Shown piece by piece: positions 50,471-59,253 of a stretch of DNA of 64,000 nucleotides. The position numbers and the translations under genes are program-made. This stretch comes from Candidatus Binataceae bacterium (GTDB lineage Bacteria; Desulfobacterota; Binatia; Binatales; Binataceae), in contig DASXFX010000063.1 in the NCBI GenBank assembly GCA_036489375.1, positions 6,989 to 70,988 of the forward strand, read 5' to 3'. Position 1 is the stretch's first letter. Every line of letters starts with the position of its first letter. The notes beneath the pieces are model-generated. The model saw only the letters and a list, made by a program, of their open reading frames with translations. It had not been told where the DNA came from and did no database searches.

Positions 50471-51487
50471 TCAGCGCGGAAATTCGACCAGCACCTTGGC
50501 CCGGGCACCCGGCTGGCGCAAGGCGTTGAACATCTCGGGGACCTGGTCGATGGCGATGATATCGGTGACCATCGGTTGCGGTTTGATACGGCCGTTGGCG
50601 AGGGCCTCGATGGTTTCGTCGAAATCGACGGGATCGTAGCCGAGGACGAAATCGAGGCTAACTTCCTTCATGATGCAGATGATCGGCACGAGCTGATCGG
50701 TCTCCATACAGACACCGACGACGACCACCTGGCCGCGCGGCCCGACCATCTCGATGGCGTTGGCCAGGGTGCCTTTGACGCCGATACATTCGAAGATCAG
50801 TTCGGGACTGTGGCCGGTGATCTCGCGGACCTTGACGACCGGGTCGGACTCCTTGGGATTGACGACCGCATCGGCGCCAAGTTTGCGCGCGAGGGCGGCG
50901 CGACCCTCGGCGATTTCCGAGACGACAACATTGGCGCCCTTCCCTTTGGCCCAGGTCAGGACGGCGAGCCCGATGGGACCGGCGCCCATCACGATGGCGG
51001 TTTTGCCGGGACCGATGCCGGAGCGCTTGACGGCGTGCAGGCCGACGGCGAGCGGCTCGACCAGGGCGCCGTCGCGAGAATTGATGCTATCGGGCAGGCG
51101 GTAGAGGGTGTTGGCGCCGCAAGCGACGAACTCGGCATAGGCGCCGGGCAGTTGGCCGAGGCCAAGCGCCTGCAGGTTGAGGCAGTGAACGGTCATGCCA
51201 CGACGGCATCGATCGCAAGTGCCACAGACCGCGAAGGGGAGCGCCGCGACGCGATCACCGATGCGATAACCGCTAACACCGGCGCCGACCTCATGAACCT
51301 CGCCACAGAACTCGTGGCCCATGATGGTATCCGGCTGCATCCCGACGCCGTACTGGATGGCGTGCAAATCGGAGCCGCAGATACCGCAGGCGTGAACCTT
51401 GATGACAACCTCGCCGGCGGCAGGCCGAGGCTTCGGGGCGTCAATCACGGCCATTTCGAAGGGTCGCTTGTAAACTGCAACTTTCAT
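50471..51487 (-). CDS. zinc-dependent alcohol dehydrogenase (MDR family)
   Basis: HACGICGSDLH catalytic-Zn motif, structural-Zn cysteines and GAGPIGL. Confidence 0.85.
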   Translation of the reverse strand: MKVAVYKRPFEMAVIDAPKPRPAAGEVVIKVHACGICGSDLHAIQYGVGMQPDTIMGHEFCGEVHEVGAGVSGYRIGDRVAALPFAVCGTCDRCRRGMTVHCLNLQALGLGQLPGAYAEFVACGANTLYRLPDSINSRDGALVEPLAVGLHAVKRSGIGPGKTAIVMGAGPIGLAVLTWAKGKGANVVVSEIAEGRAALARKLGADAVVNPKESDPVVKVREITGHSPELIFECIGVKGTLANAIEMVGPRGQVVVVGVCMETDQLVPIICIMKEVSLDFVLGYDPVDFDETIEALANGRIKPQPMVTDIIAIDQVPEMFNALRQPGARAKVLVEFPR

Positions 51488-51683
51488 CGGTCACCTATCG
51501 GCGGGACGGATGGGGGATCCGGACTGGTCGCCGCCGCAGATCAGGGAGGTTCTATAAAGAACAATCGCAGTTTACGCGGACGCAGTCGACCCACTAAACG
51601 CAATGGCCGACAGGCAGCCGCGACGCATACGAGCGTCGCGGCCGCGGGGAAAGATTCGAGGCGGGGCTAATTGACGCTCAAGT

Positions 51684-52082
51684 TTAAGAGTGCACCGTGT
51701 TGGTCTGAATCAACTCGACCTTGTAGCCGGTGGGGTCTTCGATAAACGCGATGTGCGGGCCGCCGAACTTCATCGGGCCGGGCTCGCGGACGATCTTGAC
51801 GCCCTTTTCCTTGAGCGCATTGCAGGTAGCGTAGAGATCGTCCACGCCAACCGCGAGATGACCGAAGGCGGAGCCCTGATCGTAGCTCTTGGTGCCCCAG
51901 TTGTGGGTCAATTCGACGACGGTATGGCTGTTCTCGTCCTCGTAGCCGACGAAGGCCAGCGTAAATTCGCCATTGGGATAGTCGTGCTTGCGCAGCAGCT
52001 TCATGCCGAGCGCGTCGCAGTAGAATTTGAGCGACTCGCTAAGGTCGTTGACGCGGATCATGGTGTGCAACAGTCGGTTCAT
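51684..52082 (-). CDS. gloA: lactoylglutathione lyase (glyoxalase I)
   Basis: HTMIRVNDLSESLKFY..., ELTHNWG and the FGHLAV block. Confidence 0.9.
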   Translation of the reverse strand: MNRLLHTMIRVNDLSESLKFYCDALGMKLLRKHDYPNGEFTLAFVGYEDENSHTVVELTHNWGTKSYDQGSAFGHLAVGVDDLYATCNALKEKGVKIVREPGPMKFGGPHIAFIEDPTGYKVELIQTNTVHS

Positions 52083-52378
52083 GACTTTCTCCTTGGGGCG
52101 CCAGACGTGCGATTTCGCGTTTTCATCGAATCGATCGCATTGCCCAGTTCACCCTTGATTTTATCGAATTCCTTTTCGGTGGGGACGATTCCCGCGCGTT
52201 CCATCTTATCGACCAGCTCCCAGCGCTCGAGAGTGAGCATGCGCGCGGCCTCATGTTCGTGGATGCGTTTGGCCCGCAGCAGCTCGATCACGGCGAATTC
52301 ACGCACGCGCGCGGCGAAGGCGTCGGCGGTGAAGCCCTCGTCAAAGAGATCGGCGGGCAGGTCGAGACTGATGTTCAT
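52079..52378 (-). CDS. UPF0175-family (antitoxin-like HTH) protein
   Basis: ISLDLPADL...FAVIELLRAKRI pattern. The stop overlaps the gloA start (ATGA). Confidence 0.6.
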   Translation of the reverse strand: MNISLDLPADLFDEGFTADAFAARVREFAVIELLRAKRIHEHEAARMLTLERWELVDKMERAGIVPTEKEFDKIKGELGNAIDSMKTRNRTSGAPRRKS

Positions 52379-52636
52379 AACGTGGCCGCAGAAATCTTCG
52401 CATACTCGGGTCCGCCGTCAAAGAACCATGTGAAGGGCGACGTGTGCGGAGAGGGCATTTCGATGGCGATGCGGCGCGTCTATGTTAATCTTCGGGCAAG
52501 GATTGGGGTTAAAGGCGCATTGAATGCGCTGAACATGCGGCCGATACCAGCGTCGAGGCGGCATTAACCATTGTCGTCTTTGAGACCGATGGGCGCAGCT
52601 GGCAACAGGCGAAGGGATCGGACCGGGAGGACGTCG

Positions 52637-53839
52637 ATGGATTTCAAGTACAGCGATGAGGCCGAGGCCTTTCGGCAGGAATTTCGCGCGTGGCTCGAAG
52701 CCAACATGCCCCCGCCGCGCGACAAGAGCGATAACGACGATATCGGCAGCGAAATCGTACGGACGGACGACAACGATTGGAACTACTCGCTCCAATGGCA
52801 TCGGAAGATGAACGCGGGCGGATGGGTCGGCGTGAGTTGGCCGAAGGCATATGGCGGCCGCGGCGCGACGCTCGAGCAGATGGTGGTTTACAACGAAGAG
52901 ATGGTGCGGGCGCGCGCGCCAGGAATCGTCAATGGCCTAGGCATCATGCTGGTCGGCCCGACGCTAATCCATTGGGGGACGGAAGAGCAGAAGAAGCGTT
53001 ACGTGCCGAAGATCCTATCGGCCGAGGAAATCTGGTGCCAGGGCTATTCCGAGCCCGGGGCTGGCTCCGACGTGGCGTCATTGAATACGCGCGCGGTCGA
53101 GGACGGCGACTACTTCATCGTCAACGGGCAGAAGGTATGGACCTCGGGAGCGGACCGCGCGGACTGGTGCATCCTGCTGGTGCGCACCGATCCGGAAGCG
53201 CCCAAACACAAGGGCATCAGCTACCTGCTGGTGGACATGCACAGCCCCGGCGTGACGGTGCGACCGCTGGTCCAGATGACCGGCGAAAAAGGCTTCAACG
53301 AGGTATTCTTCGAAGACGTTAAGGTGCCGAAGAAGAATCTCGTCGGGGAGAAGAACCAGGGCTGGCAGGTGGCGGTAACGACGCTGATGTTCGAGCGCAG
53401 CTCGATCGCAGCGGCCCGCGACATGATGAACCTGGTGCGGAACCTCGCGGCGTTGGCGAAACGAATCGGACGCAATGGCGGCAACGCCTGGGACGACACC
53501 GGCGTGCGGCAGAAAATCGCGAGCTTCGCGTGCGAGGCGGCGGCGCTGCGTTATGGCAATATGCGGCAGTTGACGCGGCGTCTCAAAGGGCTTCCGCCAG
53601 GACCGGAAGGCTCTATCGGTAAGCTCAGCCTGAGCGATCTCAATCTCAAGATGGCGAAGTTCGCACTCGAGCTGATGGGACCGTACAGCCAGCTCGGGCA
53701 TGGCGAACCGCAGGCGCTGGATGGCGGCAACTGGAACTATCGGATGCTGGCCTCGCGAGCCTTTACGATCGCGGGCGGCACCAGCGAGATCCAGCACAAC
53801 ATCATCGGAGAGCGCGTGCTGGGCCTACCGAAGGGTTAA
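52637..53839 (+). CDS. acyl-CoA dehydrogenase family protein
   Basis: ACAD N-terminal, middle (CQGYSEPGAGSD) and C-terminal domains. The C-terminal Glu region is present. Confidence 0.9.
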   Translation: MDFKYSDEAEAFRQEFRAWLEANMPPPRDKSDNDDIGSEIVRTDDNDWNYSLQWHRKMNAGGWVGVSWPKAYGGRGATLEQMVVYNEEMVRARAPGIVNGLGIMLVGPTLIHWGTEEQKKRYVPKILSAEEIWCQGYSEPGAGSDVASLNTRAVEDGDYFIVNGQKVWTSGADRADWCILLVRTDPEAPKHKGISYLLVDMHSPGVTVRPLVQMTGEKGFNEVFFEDVKVPKKNLVGEKNQGWQVAVTTLMFERSSIAAARDMMNLVRNLAALAKRIGRNGGNAWDDTGVRQKIASFACEAAALRYGNMRQLTRRLKGLPPGPEGSIGKLSLSDLNLKMAKFALELMGPYSQLGHGEPQALDGGNWNYRMLASRAFTIAGGTSEIQHNIIGERVLGLPKG

Positions 53840-53987
53840 TGGCGGCAGTACGAATGAGAGTGTGCACCGTTGAAAGGTTTCGCGCTTTCGACGGCCCCAC
53901 AGGCATCGCTAGCTGATCATCGTTGGAGCCTCTGTGCATGTAGGCGGCGCCTGAAACGGCGGTGCACGATGAGGGACCTTAAGAGTC

Positions 53988-54689
53988 TCAGACGCCGCCG
54001 AACCAATCGTAGCCCTGGTCCTCCCAGTAGCCGCCCGTCTGGCTAGGTAAGAAATTTATCTCGTCAAGGTACTTACACATTTTGTAGCCGAGCTTGATTG
54101 CGGAATAGAGCCGCAGCGGCGCCCCGTGATTCGAGCCGAGCAGATGGCCATTCATGCCGTACGCAAGAATGGTCTGCGGATGCATCGCGCTACCGAGATC
54201 CCATGAGGAAAAATACTCATTGTCGAAAGAGTTGAACTCGACAAATTTGACGCCCGGCTTTAATCCGGCCATCCGCGCGATCTCGCTCAGCCGAACCCCG
54301 TGCCACGCGGCGACTGCCGACCAGCCCTCGACGCAATGATGCCGCACGCGCAGGTCGGTCCGCGTCATTTGCTGAAGCTGAGCGAGCGTCAAGGTCAACG
54401 GCCGATCGACCAATCCACCAACACTAAGGGTCCAATCCGGCGGCGCGATGGGTATCGTGTCGGAGATGAAGTAGGAGGGAAACGCGTTATCAGGCGTAGT
54501 ATCGGCGGCGGGCAGTTCTGGTGCGAGGCGACTTGGCGAGAAGACAAACCCCTCGAATTTCTCGTTCCAGTCTTTCATCGCGCCGAGAAATCCCTTGATC
54601 GGATGCGCGTCGCATCCCGCGAGCATCGAGGCGGCAGCGGCTCCCGCAATAAAGTTGCGCCGCGTGATCAGCCTACTCACGAGGACCAC
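53988..54689 (-). CDS. molybdopterin-dependent oxidoreductase, sulfite-oxidase fold (MsrP/YedY-like), Tat-exported
   Basis: Tat-type signal (RRNFIAGAAA) and the SO-family Moco domain (HHCVEGWS). Confidence 0.75.
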   Translation of the reverse strand: MVLVSRLITRRNFIAGAAAASMLAGCDAHPIKGFLGAMKDWNEKFEGFVFSPSRLAPELPAADTTPDNAFPSYFISDTIPIAPPDWTLSVGGLVDRPLTLTLAQLQQMTRTDLRVRHHCVEGWSAVAAWHGVRLSEIARMAGLKPGVKFVEFNSFDNEYFSSWDLGSAMHPQTILAYGMNGHLLGSNHGAPLRLYSAIKLGYKMCKYLDEINFLPSQTGGYWEDQGYDWFGGV

Positions 54690-55353
54690 CCGTGACCATG
54701 TTGATGATCTCTCGCGGATGCATCGAGACCAGTATCAGATGCGCGACGAGGAACATCGCGAACAGGCAGAGGCCCGCGAGATGGACCACGCGGGCGCCAT
54801 CGTAACCGCCGAAGAGCAGGGTCAGGAAATGCAGTTGGACCGGCTTGTAGATAGCAAGCCCCGACAGCACCATCACGAGGCCGAAAATGATCACGGAGCT
54901 ATAGGCGAGCCGTTGCAGTCCGTTGTAGAAATCGGTGGGCGGCGGTGTCCGACGAATTCTGAGGTAGTAGAGGAATTGCGCAATCGCACCTTTCAGATCG
55001 CGCCACGGACGGAACATCCGCCGACGCCATTCGCCACTCAGAAAAAAGTACGCCACGTAGAAAATGCCGTTGAGCACGAAGAACCACGCGATCGCGAAAT
55101 GCCACTGACGTCCGCCACCGAGCCATTCTCCGATACGCATCCATTTGGGTGGCGGGGTGCCTTGAAACGGGTACCAGCGATATTGCGCGCCGCGCGGGCC
55201 GAGGTACGGATAGGCGCACAGGATTTGCAGCCCGCTACCCGCCATCAAGATGAGAAAGAGGGCATTGCACCAATGTACTATTCGAATCGGCCAGGGTTGC
55301 TCGCGACGCCCTTTGAATAATGGGTCGTGTGCTTCGGGCATAGTCAGTTTCAT
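54673..55353 (-). CDS. membrane b-type cytochrome partner (MsrQ/cytochrome b561-like)
   Basis: Polytopic, with His residues in TM helices; overlaps the Mo-enzyme gene. The start is uncertain. Confidence 0.6.
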   Translation of the reverse strand: MKLTMPEAHDPLFKGRREQPWPIRIVHWCNALFLILMAGSGLQILCAYPYLGPRGAQYRWYPFQGTPPPKWMRIGEWLGGGRQWHFAIAWFFVLNGIFYVAYFFLSGEWRRRMFRPWRDLKGAIAQFLYYLRIRRTPPPTDFYNGLQRLAYSSVIIFGLVMVLSGLAIYKPVQLHFLTLLFGGYDGARVVHLAGLCLFAMFLVAHLILVSMHPREIINMVTGGPRE

Positions 55354-55509
55354 GGTCCTTCGCAGGAATCGTTCAATAGCTATTAAATGCCTTGAGACCA
55401 CTCGATTCCGTGATCCTGATCAATGACTACTATACGAACCGATCGCGCACCAGTCGCGAATCTCACTGGTGCGCTGTTTCCATGCGAGCGAAATGGTAGG
55501 TTGAGCGTC

Positions 55510-56148
55510 ATGTACGGCCATCCTGAATTCGACTTGTTCGAGGCGATTTACACGACGCGTGCGATGCGGCGGCTGAAGCCCGATCCGGTGCCGCGCGAGA
55601 TCGTCATGCGGGTGATTGAAGCGGCGACGCTAGGTCCGTCGGGCAGCAATCGGCAGCCCTGGATTTTCCTTGTTGTGACGGAAGCGGCGACCAAACAGTT
55701 CGTCGCCGAACGCTATAAGCGGGCGTGGGACACGTTCTATCTGACCCCGGAAAAACGCGCGGTGATGGAGACTCAACCGGATTCGCCCGCGGGAAAAACT
55801 CTGAAATCGGCGAACTACCTGGCAAATCATCTGGCAGAAGCACCGGTACTGATCTTTCCGTGCGTGAAGCGCTACAACGACAAGTTCCGGCCCGGGCAAC
55901 CGATGTACGGGGCGATCTACCCGGCGGTCCAAAATCTCTGTCTGGCGGCGCGCGGCTATGGCCTCGGTACGTCGATTACCGGGCTGCATCACATATTTGG
56001 CGAAGAGGTTGACGAGCTACTCGGCGTCCCTCCCGCCTATGCTAACGAAATCTTGGTCCCGATGGGTTATCCGAAGGGCCGTTGGGGACGTCCAGCGCGC
56101 AAGGCCGCTGCCGACGTCACGTTCTTCGAGCATTGGGGCCGCAAATAA
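55510..56148 (+). CDS. nitroreductase family protein
   Basis: RAMRRLKPDPVPREI...PSGSNRQPW motif. Confidence 0.85.
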   Translation: MYGHPEFDLFEAIYTTRAMRRLKPDPVPREIVMRVIEAATLGPSGSNRQPWIFLVVTEAATKQFVAERYKRAWDTFYLTPEKRAVMETQPDSPAGKTLKSANYLANHLAEAPVLIFPCVKRYNDKFRPGQPMYGAIYPAVQNLCLAARGYGLGTSITGLHHIFGEEVDELLGVPPAYANEILVPMGYPKGRWGRPARKAAADVTFFEHWGRK

Positions 56149-56239
56149 GCTTAGCCAATATCCACTGCGGAGGTCGGAAAGCACTATTGGCTTGCGCAAA
56201 TATGCGGATTCGACGACGGCTGCGAAGCTTCAGCAGTAG

Positions 56240-56449
56240 CTATTCGATTTTCGCGAGAACGCGATTGCGCTGGACCTGATCGCCGACCTGCACGTGGATC
56301 TCCTTGACCTGACCGGCGATGGCCGCTTTAATCGGGATTTCGACCTTCATCGATTCGATCACCATCACTTCTTCGCCGCGCTCCACCTGAGCGCCGACAG
56401 CGACCGCAAGCCGTAACACTTTACCCACTCCGGGACTGCGTAACTCCAT
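56240..56449 (-). CDS. biotin/lipoyl-attachment domain protein (biotin carboxyl carrier-like)
   Basis: EVMVIESMKVEIPI biotinyl-Lys motif. Confidence 0.75.
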   Translation of the reverse strand: MELRSPGVGKVLRLAVAVGAQVERGEEVMVIESMKVEIPIKAAIAGQVKEIHVQVGDQVQRNRVLAKIE

Positions 56450-56470
56450 TCGACGGCGTTCCTCTTTTCC

Positions 56471-58030
56471 TCACGGGCGCATCATGCGCGTGCGCGGCCC
56501 CAGTTGCGTTGGCACGATCTCGTATGCCTGCCGCACCCATTCGACCAGCAGCGGACGAGTATCGCGCGGATCGATGATCTCCTCAATGCCGAACATTTCA
56601 GCGGTGCGCAGTGGCGATCGAATCTGGTTGAAGCGCTCCGCCAGTTCCGCCCGCAGCTTGTCCGGATCGGGCGAGGCCGCGAGGTCGCGCTTATAGGCTG
56701 CCTCGATTCCCCCTTCGAGGGGCAGCGAACCCCAGTCTGCCGACGGCCACGCATAGCGAAAGTTCAGACCGGTGGTCTTGCCGTGACCCGCGCCGGCCAC
56801 GCCGAACGCGCGCCGCACCATGATCGCAATCCAGGGCGTGGTGCATTGGAAAACCGCGAACAGCGCACGCACGCCGTGGCGGATGGTGCCGGTGACCTCG
56901 GCTTCACGGCCGATGAGAAAGCCGGGCTGGTCGCAGAAATTGACAATCGGCAGATGAAAGGTGTCGCAAGTATCGACGAACTTGCACAGTTTGTCGGAAG
57001 CCGACGCGTCGAGCGATCCGCCGACTACGAACGGATCGTTCGCCATCACGCCGATCGGATAGCCGTCGAGGCGCGCGAAGCCAGTAATCAGCGAACCGCC
57101 GAAATATGGCGTGATTTCGAAAAAGGAATCGCGGTCAAGAATCAATTCGAGCATGCGGCGAGCGTCATAACCGGCGCGACGATTATGCGGAATCAGATCG
57201 AGCAATTCCTCTTCGCGTCGATTCGGATTGTCCTCGGGTTCAGCGCGCGGCGGCACTTGCCAGACGTTCTGCGGCAGATAGGAAAGGAAGCGGCGAATCT
57301 GCGCGAAGGCGTCGTCTTCGCTCTCTGCCTCGTTATCAACCGCGCCGCTGACATAGGCGTGGATATGCGATCCGCCGAGATCCTCCTTGGTCAAATCCTC
57401 GCCGACACCAAACTTGACCACCGGTGGTCCTGCGACGAAGAGTTGGCTCGACCCGCGCACCATCACGGCGAAGTGCGAAGCCGCCACGCGGGCAGCGCCG
57501 AGGCCGGCAACCGAACCCATGCATCCGGCGACGATCGGCACTTCACCCATCAAACGCACTGAGACATCGAAGCCCGGCATCGCGGAGACGTAGGTCGCCT
57601 TAACCGTCTCGAAAGTGCGGATCGAACCACCACCGCCGGAACCATCAACGAGGCGGACCAACGGCATCCGCTGTTCGTCGGCGAGCATCTCGCCCCAGAC
57701 CATCTTGCTGTGAATGGCAGCGTCCGCGGCACCGCCGCGCACCGTGAAGTCATCGCCGGCGACCACGACGCGACGACCGTTGATGCGACCGCTGCCGAGC
57801 ACCAGGTTGGATGGCCGGAACTCGATCAGGCGGCCCTGTTCGTCATACTTGGTGGAACCGGCGAGCGCACCGTATTCGTGGAAGGAATCGCCATCGAGCA
57901 GACGATCGATACGCTCGCGCACGGTGAGCTTGCCGCCGTCATGCTGGCGCTTGATATTTTCGGCGCCGCCCATCTGCTTGGCGATTTCGGTGCGCCGGCG
58001 AATTTCTTCGAGCTCTTCGAGCCAAGTCAT
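56471..58030 (-). CDS. acyl-CoA carboxylase carboxyltransferase subunit (propionyl-CoA carboxylase beta / methylmalonyl-CoA decarboxylase alpha-like)
   Basis: Carboxyltransferase N- and C-domains (GGKLTVRERID..., GAGHGK...). Confidence 0.9.
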   Translation of the reverse strand: MTWLEELEEIRRRTEIAKQMGGAENIKRQHDGGKLTVRERIDRLLDGDSFHEYGALAGSTKYDEQGRLIEFRPSNLVLGSGRINGRRVVVAGDDFTVRGGAADAAIHSKMVWGEMLADEQRMPLVRLVDGSGGGGSIRTFETVKATYVSAMPGFDVSVRLMGEVPIVAGCMGSVAGLGAARVAASHFAVMVRGSSQLFVAGPPVVKFGVGEDLTKEDLGGSHIHAYVSGAVDNEAESEDDAFAQIRRFLSYLPQNVWQVPPRAEPEDNPNRREEELLDLIPHNRRAGYDARRMLELILDRDSFFEITPYFGGSLITGFARLDGYPIGVMANDPFVVGGSLDASASDKLCKFVDTCDTFHLPIVNFCDQPGFLIGREAEVTGTIRHGVRALFAVFQCTTPWIAIMVRRAFGVAGAGHGKTTGLNFRYAWPSADWGSLPLEGGIEAAYKRDLAASPDPDKLRAELAERFNQIRSPLRTAEMFGIEEIIDPRDTRPLLVEWVRQAYEIVPTQLGPRTRMMRP

Positions 58031-58189
58031 AGCTGCCTCCGCGCGCTTATCCTAGCAAGAGCCGATTCCAATACCATCGAAGCGCGCCAGTCCCGGCGAC
58101 GGCGATTATCGCGATTAGACGAACGCGCCGGCGGCTGATCGAACACGATCGCAGACCTGTAGAGCAGAGAACCTTCGCCGCCGCCAAAT

Positions 58190-58240
58190 AAAAAGGGCCC
58201 GGAGGCAGATGCCGCCGGGCCCCTTTGCTTCCGCTTTTTG
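58190..58240 (-). terminator. rho-independent terminator hairpin (GGGCCCGG-N12-CCGGGCCC) flanked by A- and T-runs, downstream of korB
   Basis: Read directly: aaaaagGGCCCGGaggcagatgcCGCCGGGCCCctttgcttccgctttttg. Confidence 0.6.
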
Positions 58241-58247
58241 CGAGCGT

Positions 58248-59246
58248 TTAGTGAACGGTCCAGACGTCGCCGCGCTTGAGCAGCGCCGCAATATCGCCCG
58301 CTCCCTGTTTCGCCTTGGCCTCAGCCAACTGCGCGTTCATCGCCGCATCGTAGGTTGGACGCGAGATCGCATAGAACACTCCGATCGGCGCAGGCATCGG
58401 GGCCTCGAAATTCCCCAGCATGAAGGCGAGTGCGAGGTTGGTCTCGTCATGCACGACGAGATCCTTCTCCGTCACCCCTTCGCCCAACGTGACCACCTCG
58501 GGGCGTTGGCCGTTCATGCGAATGCCCTTGTCGCGATTCTTGCCGAAGATCAGCGGCTTGCCGTGCTCGAGCACCAGTTGATGGTCCGCCTTGATCGCCT
58601 TATCGCTCAGGTCGTTGAAAGCGCCGTCATTGAAGATGTTGCAATTCTGCAGAATCTCGACGAAGGAGGCGCCGCGATGCGCATGCGCACGCTTTAGCGT
58701 TTCGCCCAGATGCTTCTGCTCGACGTCGATAGTGCGCGCGACAAAGGTTGCGCTCGCGCCGAGGGCGACGGTGATCGGATTGAACGGATAATCGATCGAA
58801 CCCATCGGCGTTGACTTGGTTACCTTGCCGACTTCCGAAGTCGGAGAATACTGCCCCTTGGTCAAGCCGTAGATGCGATTGTTGAAGAGCAGAATGTTGA
58901 AATCGATATTGCGGCGCAATGCGTGAATCAGGTGATTGCCGCCGATCGACAAACCGTCTCCGTCGCCGGTCACTACCCACACGTCGAGCTCAGGCCGGGA
59001 AACTTTGAGGCCCGTCGCGAGCGCCGGCGCGCGTCCATGAATCGTATGGAAGCCGTAGGTGTTCATGTAGTACGGAAACCGGCTCGAGCAGCCGATCCCG
59101 GAAATAAACACGATATTTTCACGCGGGATGCCAAACTCCGGCATCACCTTCTGCACCTGCGCCAGGATTGCGTAGTCGCCGCAGCCGGGACACCAACGCA
59201 CTTCCTGGTCGGTAACGAAATCCTTGCGAGTAAGCGCGGTAGCCAT
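58248..59246 (-). CDS. korB: 2-oxoacid:ferredoxin oxidoreductase beta subunit (TPP-binding)
   Basis: WCPGCGDY and GDGD TPP motifs. Confidence 0.9.
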   Translation of the reverse strand: MATALTRKDFVTDQEVRWCPGCGDYAILAQVQKVMPEFGIPRENIVFISGIGCSSRFPYYMNTYGFHTIHGRAPALATGLKVSRPELDVWVVTGDGDGLSIGGNHLIHALRRNIDFNILLFNNRIYGLTKGQYSPTSEVGKVTKSTPMGSIDYPFNPITVALGASATFVARTIDVEQKHLGETLKRAHAHRGASFVEILQNCNIFNDGAFNDLSDKAIKADHQLVLEHGKPLIFGKNRDKGIRMNGQRPEVVTLGEGVTEKDLVVHDETNLALAFMLGNFEAPMPAPIGVFYAISRPTYDAAMNAQLAEAKAKQGAGDIAALLKRGDVWTVH

Positions 59247-59253
59247 TTTTTAG

